Shown here piece after piece: positions 30,336 through 39,083 of a stretch of DNA of 64,000 nt. Made by a program: the position numbers and the translations under genes. The DNA is from an uncultured virus (IMG/VR IMGVR_UViG_3300035539_000076) (taxonomy: Duplodnaviria; Heunggongvirae; Uroviricota; Caudoviricetes). The stretch lies in IMG/VR virus record IMGVR_UViG_3300035539_000076. One strand, 5' to 3'. A model generated the notes under the pieces. It searched no databases, was not told the DNA's origin, and worked only from the letters and a program-made list of their open reading frames with translations. Numbering within the stretch: the first letter of the stretch is position 1; each line of letters begins with the position of its first letter.

Positions 30336-31163
30336 ATGGGGATATTTAAACAAAATACAATTAAAGAAGTATCACATAAATTAATCCAACCAGTAAATTA
30401 TTTAACTAAAGATTTGTTGAAAAATTTGCAGGCGTTAAAAGGGGTGAAATCCATATTAGATATTCCAAATTATTGGGAGTTTGATTCTTGGAAAGTAGAT
30501 CCTTTTAATGCAGACTTTGACGTATCATATTCAGGTGGAATAGTTAATATTGATTTGGATATACCTTTTAACTTTACTCAAGCTATTCTGTATAACAATC
30601 ATCAGAAAGTAGGAGAAATAATTAATGATAGAGGACTGCCATCATATAATTCTGATTCCCCAAAATTAACTGGTACCCATTGGGAAATAGATTTTAAATA
30701 CTATGAAGAAGAAAATGATGTAATAGTGGAATTCAAAAACGCTAAGATAGCTAACGATATGATATTAAAAGCATATAATAATAACATTAGAAATACAACC
30801 AATGAATTGTTAAAATATGCCGATGGTATAGATAAATGGGATTTTTTTGCTAACCAAGTCAAGATAGCTATATTCCTTAAGGATAAACTACATATCAAAG
30901 AAAATATACAAAAATTTGTAAATATATTATTAGGGGTTCCAGGATTTCCCACAACAGGTATAGTAGACACATTTACACCAAGAAGTAATAGTCTCTATGT
31001 TAGAATAATAAAGGATGATAAATATTATGACTTTATTTTTCCTAGATTCATAATGATAGACACAGCATCTGTAGATCTTAATTCTTATATAGACTCTGGT
31101 ATAGAAGGTAGGGAGCTAAAAATAATAGGCGAAACATTGATAGAATTAGCACTATTGAGGTGA
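30336..31163 (+). CDS. Hypothetical baseplate-region protein
   Basis: 275 aa. Confidence 0.55.
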   Translation: MGIFKQNTIKEVSHKLIQPVNYLTKDLLKNLQALKGVKSILDIPNYWEFDSWKVDPFNADFDVSYSGGIVNIDLDIPFNFTQAILYNNHQKVGEIINDRGLPSYNSDSPKLTGTHWEIDFKYYEEENDVIVEFKNAKIANDMILKAYNNNIRNTTNELLKYADGIDKWDFFANQVKIAIFLKDKLHIKENIQKFVNILLGVPGFPTTGIVDTFTPRSNSLYVRIIKDDKYYDFIFPRFIMIDTASVDLNSYIDSGIEGRELKIIGETLIELALLR

Positions 31164-31167
31164 TGAT

Positions 31168-31482
31168 ATGAAAAAAGTGTTTTCTTTCCTTTTGAAGAAA
31201 ATATTGCTACCTGCTTTGACTTGGATATTATACAATTTGCTCAGAATTATTGTTGAGTTATTATTGAAAGTAGCACAACCTACTCAAGTAGCTAAGTTTT
31301 TTTCTAAAATATTTGCTCTTTATACCAAGCAAGAAAAGAATTTAGATAAGAAAGAAGAACAATTAGCAGATCTATTTACAGCAATATCAAAAGAATTAAG
31401 AAGATTACATGATGCCGAACATAGCCAAGATGATTATGATTTTTTAGACAAAGCTCTTGACAGGATTAAAAAGATAAAATGA
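31168..31482 (+). CDS. Small amphipathic/membrane protein
   Basis: 104 aa, SD GAGGTG, hydrophobic N-terminal helix. Confidence 0.55.
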   Translation: MKKVFSFLLKKILLPALTWILYNLLRIIVELLLKVAQPTQVAKFFSKIFALYTKQEKNLDKKEEQLADLFTAISKELRRLHDAEHSQDDYDFLDKALDRIKKIK

Positions 31483-31532
31483 TAAGGTCCCCCTTATATG
31501 AGTCTGGTTTCCCCTTTTGTAGTTCTGTGGTC

Positions 31533-31567
31533 AGCCCCTACTTTTTAAAAGTGGGGGTTTTCTTTTA
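31533..31567 (+). terminator. Hairpin ending the structural operon
   Basis: AGCCCCTACTTT-TTA-AAAGTGGGGGTT followed by T-rich tract. Confidence 0.6.
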
Positions 31568-31724
31568 CCATAATATATAAAATATGAAAAATAAGGTGCT
31601 TCAATCAAACCAATCATAATAAAGCGAACTTATTATAAGTGTTGTCCGTTTAAAATAGAATTTTATAAAACTTTAGTTGAAAGAAAAGGATGGTATAATT
31701 TATTATGATATGGGAGGGATAAAA

Positions 31725-32159
31725 ATGGATATAGTCACTCTAAATATAATGTTGGTATTTTTTTTTATATTGTTATTTATAGATTTGTTTACAGCTTATA
31801 AAAAGGAAAGATCAGGATTGGATGATATGACAAGAGAAGAAATTTTAAAAAGTTCTTATCAAAATTTAAGAAATCTAGTGATGAAAAATGCTAATATTCA
31901 AACATATATAGATGAAGCTGTGATGGCTTTAGATGATTTTATAAAAGCCTATAAAGATTATAATAAGATAAATATGAAAAAACATATTAATTTAAAAGAA
32001 GAAGCTGAATTGGAAGAAAAGGCACTACAAATGAAAATTATGGGCGGCATTTTGTTAAGCAGATTGAGATCAGAATTGAAAAATAAAGAAGAAGTTCCTT
32101 TATCTTATAAATTATTAGAAACAGATTTGAATGAATTGAGAGAGATGATTATTATATAA
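31725..32159 (+). CDS. Single-TM membrane protein
   Basis: Start at ATG 31725 behind GGGAGG; TGGTATAAT promoter at ~31691; TM IMLVFFFILLFIDLF. Confidence 0.6.
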   Translation: MDIVTLNIMLVFFFILLFIDLFTAYKKERSGLDDMTREEILKSSYQNLRNLVMKNANIQTYIDEAVMALDDFIKAYKDYNKINMKKHINLKEEAELEEKALQMKIMGGILLSRLRSELKNKEEVPLSYKLLETDLNELREMIII

Positions 32160-32160
32160 T

Positions 32161-32292
32161 AAAAAAACAGGGGACTTTATTCCCCTGCTTTGACTTGGAG
32201 TGGCGGATGTCTTCGATATTAAAAAGAAGATGTACGCCGATGACTAAATGCAACTACATAATAATTGTACCATCAGAACAGGCAAAAGTCAA
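32161..32292 (-). ncRNA. Candidate ~95-nt small RNA with own sigma-70 promoter and terminator
   Basis: TTGACT(32292-32287)-N17-TACAAT(32269-32264); internal GGCG..TCTTC/GAAGA..CGCC stem; CAGGGGA/TCCCCTG hairpin (32187-32168) + T7; no SD-led ORF inside. Confidence 0.5.
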
Positions 32293-32338
32293 TTAGATAC
32301 TGATGCTTTTTCATTTCTCCTTTAAGATATGTGTGGGT

Positions 32339-32378
32339 AAAAAAAAGGCTACTACCAATAAAGGTAGTAGCTATTTTC
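32339..32378 (-). terminator. Terminator of the minus-strand paralogue array
   Basis: GCTACTACC-N6-GGTAGTAGC with T run on minus strand. Confidence 0.75.
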
Positions 32379-32714
32379 TTATAATCCGCATAATACTTCA
32401 AACCGTTTTTTAGCTCCCTCATAAAAATATTCTGGGCTTTTACTCAATAATTTTTTTATTTCATATCCGTTTTTGATATCATTTATAGGCTGTGAAAAAA
32501 CATTTTTTATTGTGTAATCTATGAATTTTTTGTTGAACGATGGATATTTTTGCAATATTTTAATAGAGGGTTTTATATTGGGAACATTCAACAAATAGTT
32601 TTTTATGTTTTCACATAATATGTTTAAATGTACATTATCTGGATGTTCTACTGTATATTTTATTTTTTCTTCTAATTCTTCATTATTTGTAATGCTTTCT
32701 AAGAAAATTTTCAT
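32379..32714 (-). CDS. Array protein (KYxEHP subgroup; weak C-terminal motif SKSPEYFYEG)
   Basis: 111 aa, ATGA overlap. Confidence 0.6.
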   Translation of the reverse strand: MKIFLESITNNEELEEKIKYTVEHPDNVHLNILCENIKNYLLNVPNIKPSIKILQKYPSFNKKFIDYTIKNVFSQPINDIKNGYEIKKLLSKSPEYFYEGAKKRFEVLCGL

Positions 32715-33325
32715 TTTTTCCCCTCCTCTATATCCTTTTGAATTAATTTGTTTGTTAGATCTCCGTTGTTCAATAATTTAATTAGTTTCATAAATGTTTT
32801 TTTGTTTTCTGCTTTATATCCCTTCTTATCATTGGAAACGTATATTTCAAACAACTTATTCTCTATGTAGGTTGAAGACAATGCTTTTAAATACCACTTA
32901 TACACAGATACATATTTATTGTTTATGTAGTGTAATTGATCATGATCTTTGAATTTATATATGCTGTTATATATCAATCTAAAAATATTGAAACGTTGGG
33001 GATCTTTTTCTAAATCAAATATTTCATTTATAATTTCCAAATTTTTTAAAATTGAATATGTAGCAAATATATTAGATTCAAACTCTCCTTCAAAGGCAAG
33101 GAAGTTTGCTATAGCTTCATAATCAGGATCCCTGGATAAAGCTGATGGACCAGTATTTGATAAAGAAGTTAATAACCTTTTCAATAATATAATTATAACT
33201 TGGCTTTCATTATGTAGCTGTTCAGGATGTTCAATATATTTAGAAATATTTATTTTATTATCTTTTATTTCATTTTTTATTTCTTCATTTAAATCTTTAA
33301 AATGTTCTGGATGTTTCCAAAGCAT
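32711..33325 (-). CDS. Array protein (KYxEHP subgroup)
   Basis: 204 aa, SD GGAGGGAGG; KYIEHPEQ. Confidence 0.65.
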   Translation of the reverse strand: MLWKHPEHFKDLNEEIKNEIKDNKINISKYIEHPEQLHNESQVIIILLKRLLTSLSNTGPSALSRDPDYEAIANFLAFEGEFESNIFATYSILKNLEIINEIFDLEKDPQRFNIFRLIYNSIYKFKDHDQLHYINNKYVSVYKWYLKALSSTYIENKLFEIYVSNDKKGYKAENKKTFMKLIKLLNNGDLTNKLIQKDIEEGKK

Positions 33326-33336
33326 ATTCCTCCCTC

Positions 33337-33852
33337 CTAAATTAATCTTTTAAATGTATTTAAAAATTCTTTTGGTGTACCGTAATTGACAAATATATTG
33401 TTATTATAAATTCTGTTCAAAAATAAATCGTTTTCTAAAGAAGAAATAGTTATTTCTGATATTTCAATAGGCTTTTTGAATTTCTGTTCTAATTGCCTAA
33501 AATCATTGATCAAAGATTTAATAAATTTCGAATAGTATTCAGGGTTAATTTCATATGCTGTTTTAAGTAATTTCATAAGATTTACTGCTACGGTATTTGT
33601 TGTATAATCTGTTCTGTGTCTGACATTTAAAATACTTCGTGTGATATTTTTGGTAAAATATTCTGGATGTTCAAAATATTTTATATAATCTTGTTCAAAC
33701 AAATTATATATTTCCATGAGAGCTTCTTTCATAGTTATTTTCTCTTCTGTATATTTTACAAATAATATGGATAGAACTTTTTCTAATTTAGCACCTAAGT
33801 ATTCTTTATACTCTTGGTTAATTTCTAATATTGGCATATAATATCTCCTCAC
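33337..33852 (-). CDS. Array protein (KYxEHP subgroup; internal AYEINPEYYSKF)
   Basis: 171 aa track ORF; start probably MPILE behind GAGGAG. Confidence 0.65.
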   Translation of the reverse strand: MRRYYMPILEINQEYKEYLGAKLEKVLSILFVKYTEEKITMKEALMEIYNLFEQDYIKYFEHPEYFTKNITRSILNVRHRTDYTTNTVAVNLMKLLKTAYEINPEYYSKFIKSLINDFRQLEQKFKKPIEISEITISSLENDLFLNRIYNNNIFVNYGTPKEFLNTFKRLI

Positions 33853-34558
33853 TTTCCTTTATTATTTTATTGAAACCTAACATCCTTTCAAATATAATAT
33901 TGTAATTCTCCTCTATATATTTTGGGAAATAAGATTGAACGATCTTGGTATAATAGTGGAATGCCATTTTTGTATCTTTAGCTAAAGTTTTTTCGTTGGG
34001 TAATACATTTATTTTATAGCTTTCCCTTGCCGAAATAATAGCTTGTTTATATTCTTCTATTGTATCTTTATCTATAAACATATAACTATATACATTTTTA
34101 ATTTCTCTAGCTAAAATATAATTTGCTATATCATTTAAGAATCTCTCTCTTTCTGCTATATTTTTGTTGCTATTTAATGTTTTATACATCTTATGTGCAT
34201 GATGAGGTTGTAGAGTTTTTTGAGCTAATTTGTATTCAGGTTTGTCATAATATAATGTAATTTCAAACATTGCTTTCAGATATTTGATTGTTTTGTCAAT
34301 GCAATCGCCATCTGTATTTATATGTTGTGTATGAATGATATAATAAAAGTTTTCTATTCTTTGTAATGTAGCTTTCTTCTTAAAAAAATCTATTAGGGAA
34401 TGATGTGCATTAAATTGTATATTGTCCCCAAATATTAAAATATTTTTTTTAACTCTATCAACTTCTGCACTATTAGAACTGTTTGGAGCGTTGAATCCTG
34501 CAGTTAATTTTTTAATTGTCCATTCGGGTTTAAATTCTTCTAAATTGATTTTTATCAC
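33818..34558 (-). CDS. Array protein (degenerate motif SYFPKYIEENYNIIFERML)
   Basis: 246 aa. Confidence 0.65.
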   Translation of the reverse strand: MIKINLEEFKPEWTIKKLTAGFNAPNSSNSAEVDRVKKNILIFGDNIQFNAHHSLIDFFKKKATLQRIENFYYIIHTQHINTDGDCIDKTIKYLKAMFEITLYYDKPEYKLAQKTLQPHHAHKMYKTLNSNKNIAERERFLNDIANYILAREIKNVYSYMFIDKDTIEEYKQAIISARESYKINVLPNEKTLAKDTKMAFHYYTKIVQSYFPKYIEENYNIIFERMLGFNKIIKESEEILYANIRN

Positions 34559-34758
34559 CTCTCTTTTATTTGCCCTCTAAGACGTTATAGTTTATTCATG
34601 ATAGATTATACTAAAATTATATAAAAATATTTATTATGGCCTTATACAACGTTAGATTTTGATGTTTTTTATCTTTACCCTTTTAATTATGATAAGAACA
34701 ATTCAGTTTCATGAGCTATACAACTATCTCTATTATATTCATATAAAATGGATATACA

Positions 34759-35343
34759 TCAAACATATTTATTCTCCTTCAAAGCTATTAATCTTATATT
34801 TAATAAATCTGATTCATTTTTCTTATATGTATCAGGACAACAATTATAGAATTTCTTAAAAGATTGATTCACTATATCTGTATATATTAATTTTAATCTT
34901 TGAGAATTATCACGTTTGCCTGGTCTATATATATCCCCAAATTCATCTATTGAATTTATTAAAACAGACTGCCAATTTCTCCAGTTTTGTATAAAATCTT
35001 CGAAATACTCTTTTTCTAAGTTCCCTATTAAGTCTGTCATATATTCATTTTTATATTTACTAGCATGATAATTTGGATTATACTTATATACATAAAACGT
35101 TTTCAAATACTTATTAGTTGTTATCACTGTAGACTTAGTATACCCTATTCTTTCTGAGAATGAATTAGAAATTTTTGATTTGAAGTATAACCATTTGCTT
35201 TTTATATCTTCTATTTGGTCTGGTTGATAACGAGAATTATAAATATTTTTTAATACATTATAAGACTGCAAAACTTCTGTTGGTAAAGGAAGTTCACGAT
35301 TTTCTAATGGAAATATTTCATGTTCTATTTTTCGTTTCATCAA
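34759..35343 (-). CDS. Array protein with C-terminal motif FYNCCPDTYKKNESDLLNIRL
   Basis: 194 aa, SD AGGAGGTG. Confidence 0.75.
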   Translation of the reverse strand: MMKRKIEHEIFPLENRELPLPTEVLQSYNVLKNIYNSRYQPDQIEDIKSKWLYFKSKISNSFSERIGYTKSTVITTNKYLKTFYVYKYNPNYHASKYKNEYMTDLIGNLEKEYFEDFIQNWRNWQSVLINSIDEFGDIYRPGKRDNSQRLKLIYTDIVNQSFKKFYNCCPDTYKKNESDLLNIRLIALKENKYV

Positions 35344-35377
35344 ATAACACCTCCTAATGTCTTACATATACCAAAAA

Positions 35378-35992
35378 TCACATGTTTTTATTTAGCTGGA
35401 TTAGTAGAAATTCTTTGCCAAATTGCTTATAGTAATCAGGGAACCTTTCAAAAAAGTATCTTATAATAGAATAAAAGACAAGTCGTTTATTTTCAGAAGT
35501 TGGCTCGAAGGGTGAGAATCTTCTAGTAAATGCATCAGATATAGCTCGATCTAATTCAGTTTCGTTATTTCGTGTTTTTTGTTGTGCAAATAGCAAGAAC
35601 TCTTCTACTGATTTGGTTTTAACGTCGTTTAAAATATCTATAATATTTTCATTATTGTATTTCAGTTCAATGACATTAACTGTATCTAAAAAATCTTTCC
35701 AAGATTCAGAGTCTTTTAAAAAATCTTTCTGAGTTATTGCTTTTATTAAAAAATCTGCTGCTTCCATTTTTTCATATCCAACTATAATGTTTGATATACC
35801 TTTTCTCTTTCGTTCGTAAGTTATATGAAAGTTAATAGCTCTATTAAACACTTCATCGATTTCATCGTTTTTAATCCATTTGGCGAATCTAAATGCCAAA
35901 CGAGCTATATCACCAGAAAGATATTCTTTAAAAGACACTTTTGAAGATCCCACATAATCCATATAAATATAAATAGGTTCTTTATTAAACAT
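35378..35992 (-). CDS. Array protein with C-terminal motif FFERFPDYYKQFGKEFLLIQL
   Basis: 204 aa, SD AAAGGGG. Confidence 0.75.
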   Translation of the reverse strand: MFNKEPIYIYMDYVGSSKVSFKEYLSGDIARLAFRFAKWIKNDEIDEVFNRAINFHITYERKRKGISNIIVGYEKMEAADFLIKAITQKDFLKDSESWKDFLDTVNVIELKYNNENIIDILNDVKTKSVEEFLLFAQQKTRNNETELDRAISDAFTRRFSPFEPTSENKRLVFYSIIRYFFERFPDYYKQFGKEFLLIQLNKNM

Positions 35993-36046
35993 TATAAAAT
36001 CCCCTTTCTAATTTAAGCGGAAAAAACGCAACATTGACTGTAGGCA

Positions 36047-36628
36047 TCATAAACCTTCTTCCAATTTGTGTACTAGCAGTAAAGAACCAATTTTTTTGTA
36101 TTCATCTGGCATTAAGGTGTACATATGATTATCCAAAATGTTCATAAATTGTCTTGCCAATTGTCTTGATGGTATTAAACGTAGTTCGCTAATATTATTA
36201 ATTTGATTTATAATCTCATTAGATAAATTGTTAGATAGCCTATGTTCTATATATTTCATGAAAAAAAAGTTTTCTAAATCTTCGAATATACTAGAATCTA
36301 CATGTTTATTTCTCAATTTTTTAACAATGGTATAATCATAGGAATCTAATAGTGAAGCGTATTTGTCATCTAAAAGCATTTTCTTCAATAGTCTCAAAGC
36401 ATCTAATCCTCTATAAAAAACAACCGTTTGGCCTTTTATCTGAGTTTTATCTTCGTTTAATCTCAAATAAAAATTGAATTGTTGTATTCCTTTTTTCAAC
36501 CTAGTGATTTCATCATCAAGTATATATTGTGCAATACGTCCAGAAAATGTAATATGTTCTTTAGTCTTTTTGGTATTATCTATATCATTCAACACTGCAA
36601 ACACTTTCTTTCTTTCTATTTTTTGCAT
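36047..36628 (-). CDS. Array protein with C-terminal motif MYTLMPDEYKKIGSLLLVHKL
   Basis: 193 aa, SD GGAGGGG. Confidence 0.75.
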   Translation of the reverse strand: MQKIERKKVFAVLNDIDNTKKTKEHITFSGRIAQYILDDEITRLKKGIQQFNFYLRLNEDKTQIKGQTVVFYRGLDALRLLKKMLLDDKYASLLDSYDYTIVKKLRNKHVDSSIFEDLENFFFMKYIEHRLSNNLSNEIINQINNISELRLIPSRQLARQFMNILDNHMYTLMPDEYKKIGSLLLVHKLEEGL

Positions 36629-37234
36629 CTAACCCCTCCTTTTAAGTCTATATTTCAAAAACTCCGTTTCATATTTTTTGTAAAAATCTGGTTTAACCAT
36701 ATATAGATCTTTCAATAACATATTTTCAAATAAAATTACGAGTTCTTTTTCTTCATCTTTCTTATCTTTAAATACTGGGCGGAGATCATTTGTAAATTGG
36801 TTATGCATTTTACGAATTATTTTATTTTCCACAACTCCACTATTCAAGAGTTTTAAAAATGATTTGAAGTAATCATCGTATATACTATTGAATGTAAGTT
36901 TTTCATTTTTAATAAAGTCATTAGTATATCTTATTTCGTTTATTATCCATTCTCTTGTAGTTAGTTCTATGCCCTTTTTTGCCCAATCATCCAATGTCAT
37001 GAGTGAATATAATATTATATTACATGGCAAAGTAAATACATCTTTTTGAACATTATAGTGAATGATTGCTTGCATTGCGATAGGGTTTTTAGTTTCTTTA
37101 CCAATTTTATATATCTCCAAATCCTTTACATTTTCTGAAATTTTTTGATTAAGTTCTGCATGACTAATATCATTTGTATAATATTTAAACCTAACCCAAA
37201 AGTCATCTGTTTTGAATAAACTTTTTATCATCAT
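36629..37234 (-). CDS. Array protein with C-terminal motif LYMVKPDFYKKYETEFLKYRL
   Basis: 201 aa, SD AAGGAG. Confidence 0.75.
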   Translation of the reverse strand: MMIKSLFKTDDFWVRFKYYTNDISHAELNQKISENVKDLEIYKIGKETKNPIAMQAIIHYNVQKDVFTLPCNIILYSLMTLDDWAKKGIELTTREWIINEIRYTNDFIKNEKLTFNSIYDDYFKSFLKLLNSGVVENKIIRKMHNQFTNDLRPVFKDKKDEEKELVILFENMLLKDLYMVKPDFYKKYETEFLKYRLKRRG

Positions 37235-37300
37235 TAAAGTCTCCTTTTAATTTCAATTTCAATCAATCGTGTCCATCAGAATTGTGAATGATACCATCAT

Positions 37301-37879
37301 TTACTTTGAGAATTTAATCCTAAGATGTAGCAATTCATGCCCATATTGCTTATAAATATTTGGCATTACGTTGTACATAAATGAGAAAAAGTCATGTATG
37401 GCTTGACCGTAAGTCACTGGCATCTCTAATTCTGGTGTAAGAATTAATCTTTTTTTCTCTATAATTTTTCTTATATTATACGCTAATACAGGGAAATCTT
37501 TTATCAATTGTTTCATAAAGGCATGGTAGAGTAAATCTATTTTGAACTTTACACCCATATCCTGAGTTGTTTTATTTATTTTATTTAAATCTTGCAAAAA
37601 TTTGCTGGAATATATTATAGATATATACGATTTTTTATGGGTTAGCCCTGCTGATCCAAATCCGGTTATAGCATATTCATTATGTGTTATAAAGTTCAAC
37701 CTGACAAAATTTACAAATACATCTTTGGCATACTTTTTTATATATTTTTTTGATGTAAAAGAATTAATACTATTATCATTAGTATCTGTTATATTATTCA
37801 ATAGCTTTTCCAAAGAAGCAGATACTGGAATTTTATATTGTTGCATAGCTACTAACTGTTGTTTTTGTTTTCTACTCAT
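37301..37879 (-). CDS. Array protein with C-terminal motif MYNVMPNIYKQYGHELLHLRI
   Basis: 192 aa, ATGA overlap. Confidence 0.75.
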   Translation of the reverse strand: MSRKQKQQLVAMQQYKIPVSASLEKLLNNITDTNDNSINSFTSKKYIKKYAKDVFVNFVRLNFITHNEYAITGFGSAGLTHKKSYISIIYSSKFLQDLNKINKTTQDMGVKFKIDLLYHAFMKQLIKDFPVLAYNIRKIIEKKRLILTPELEMPVTYGQAIHDFFSFMYNVMPNIYKQYGHELLHLRIKFSK

Positions 37880-38445
37880 GATATGTATCTCTTATAATTT
37901 GCCAGTTTAAAGTTCAATATTTTATGTCCATTCAACTTATAAATATTTGGAATAGTTTTATATAATACTACCCATATATGAAATTCTATAAAATTTCTTA
38001 AATACATTTCAGGCTCTTTTGTTTCATCACTTTTAGATTCATATACATCATTGGTTGTGCCATTATATTTAACTGCGATAGTCTCAACAACTTTATCGAA
38101 CTCTTTAATTATTAAATCTATCAATTCTGTTAAAATATAGTTTGTTAATTCTGGTTTTAATTCATCTTCAAAAATCACACCATATATAGACAACTTTTCT
38201 ATATATCTATTTCTCATATATCCAGGGATAGGTACACTTTGAAAGATAGTACCTTGTGTACTTCCCCAATCGTTTAGCTCAAATTCATCTATTATTTTAT
38301 ATAGATATGTTCTCAATTTAGAATCATATTCTTTCTCACTTATAATATGATTATCTCTATCGTCTTGAATTGCAGATATTTGTTCCATTAAATTATGGAC
38401 ATTTTTAAAAATTTCATTTTCTGATTTATAATTAGTTATACTCAT
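37876..38445 (-). CDS. Array protein with C-terminal motif LYKTIPNIYKLNGHKILNFKL
   Basis: 189 aa, SD GGAGGAG. Confidence 0.75.
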   Translation of the reverse strand: MSITNYKSENEIFKNVHNLMEQISAIQDDRDNHIISEKEYDSKLRTYLYKIIDEFELNDWGSTQGTIFQSVPIPGYMRNRYIEKLSIYGVIFEDELKPELTNYILTELIDLIIKEFDKVVETIAVKYNGTTNDVYESKSDETKEPEMYLRNFIEFHIWVVLYKTIPNIYKLNGHKILNFKLANYKRYIS

Positions 38446-38573
38446 TTTGTCTCCTCCAATCTTGATTTAAGTATATTCCCGTCATAATGTTTATACATAT
38501 TGGGATATTTCTCATATAAAACACAGCAAACAACTGAATTTATTCTGTCTTTAAATTGGTTAAAATCACTCAT
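38442..38573 (-). CDS. 43-aa motif-only member of the array (not in ORF track)
   Basis: MSDFNQFKDRINSVVCCVLYEKYPNMYKHYDGNILKSRLEETK*; SD AAGGAG; ATGA overlaps with both neighbours. Confidence 0.75.
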   Translation of the reverse strand: MSDFNQFKDRINSVVCCVLYEKYPNMYKHYDGNILKSRLEETK

Positions 38574-38944
38574 TTCAACAACTCCTTTAATATCGCATGC
38601 CCATACTTTTTATATATATCAGGCATTACACTGTATAGATATTCCCTCATTTTACTAGCTACCCATTTTTCTAATAACTTCTTATAATTAATTGAAACAG
38701 ATATATCCGTGGTGATATTTGATACAGACCTTTTCACAACCTTTGAAAATTCCTCGAGGGTAGTCATTTCTTCCATTATTCTCTTCCCAATTATATCTCC
38801 ATCTTCACCATTTAAACTTTCTTCCAATTTATGGTTATATACTTCTTTAGGAAAAGTAATTACTTCCCCATCTACTTTTACTCTATCCCAATTATACATA
38901 GAAAAAGACGACAACACTTCCTCTACTTTTTTCTCTAAATCCAT
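38570..38944 (-). CDS. First array protein, C-terminal motif LYSVMPDIYKKYGHAILKELL
   Basis: 124 aa, SD AAGGAGGAG. Confidence 0.75.
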   Translation of the reverse strand: MDLEKKVEEVLSSFSMYNWDRVKVDGEVITFPKEVYNHKLEESLNGEDGDIIGKRIMEEMTTLEEFSKVVKRSVSNITTDISVSINYKKLLEKWVASKMREYLYSVMPDIYKKYGHAILKELLK

Positions 38945-39083
38945 TTTATCTCCTCCTTATTTATTTAATACTACCCATTACTTAACATATAATATATACC
39001 AATATATGTTTATATTTTACTTAACTATTCTACTTTTTGAAACATGATATAATTTCTTTATATTATAGGAGGGAAGTGATCCA

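Noticed and set aside
1290..30970. Short minus-strand ORFs inside the structural operon
   Set aside because: Fully nested antisense to long SD-led genes, with no supporting signals
31486..31567. IS200/IS605 end or repeat array (GGT..CCCCT tracts plus hairpin)
   Set aside because: Tracts are short and degenerate, no tnpA/tnpB nearby; adequately explained as operon terminator
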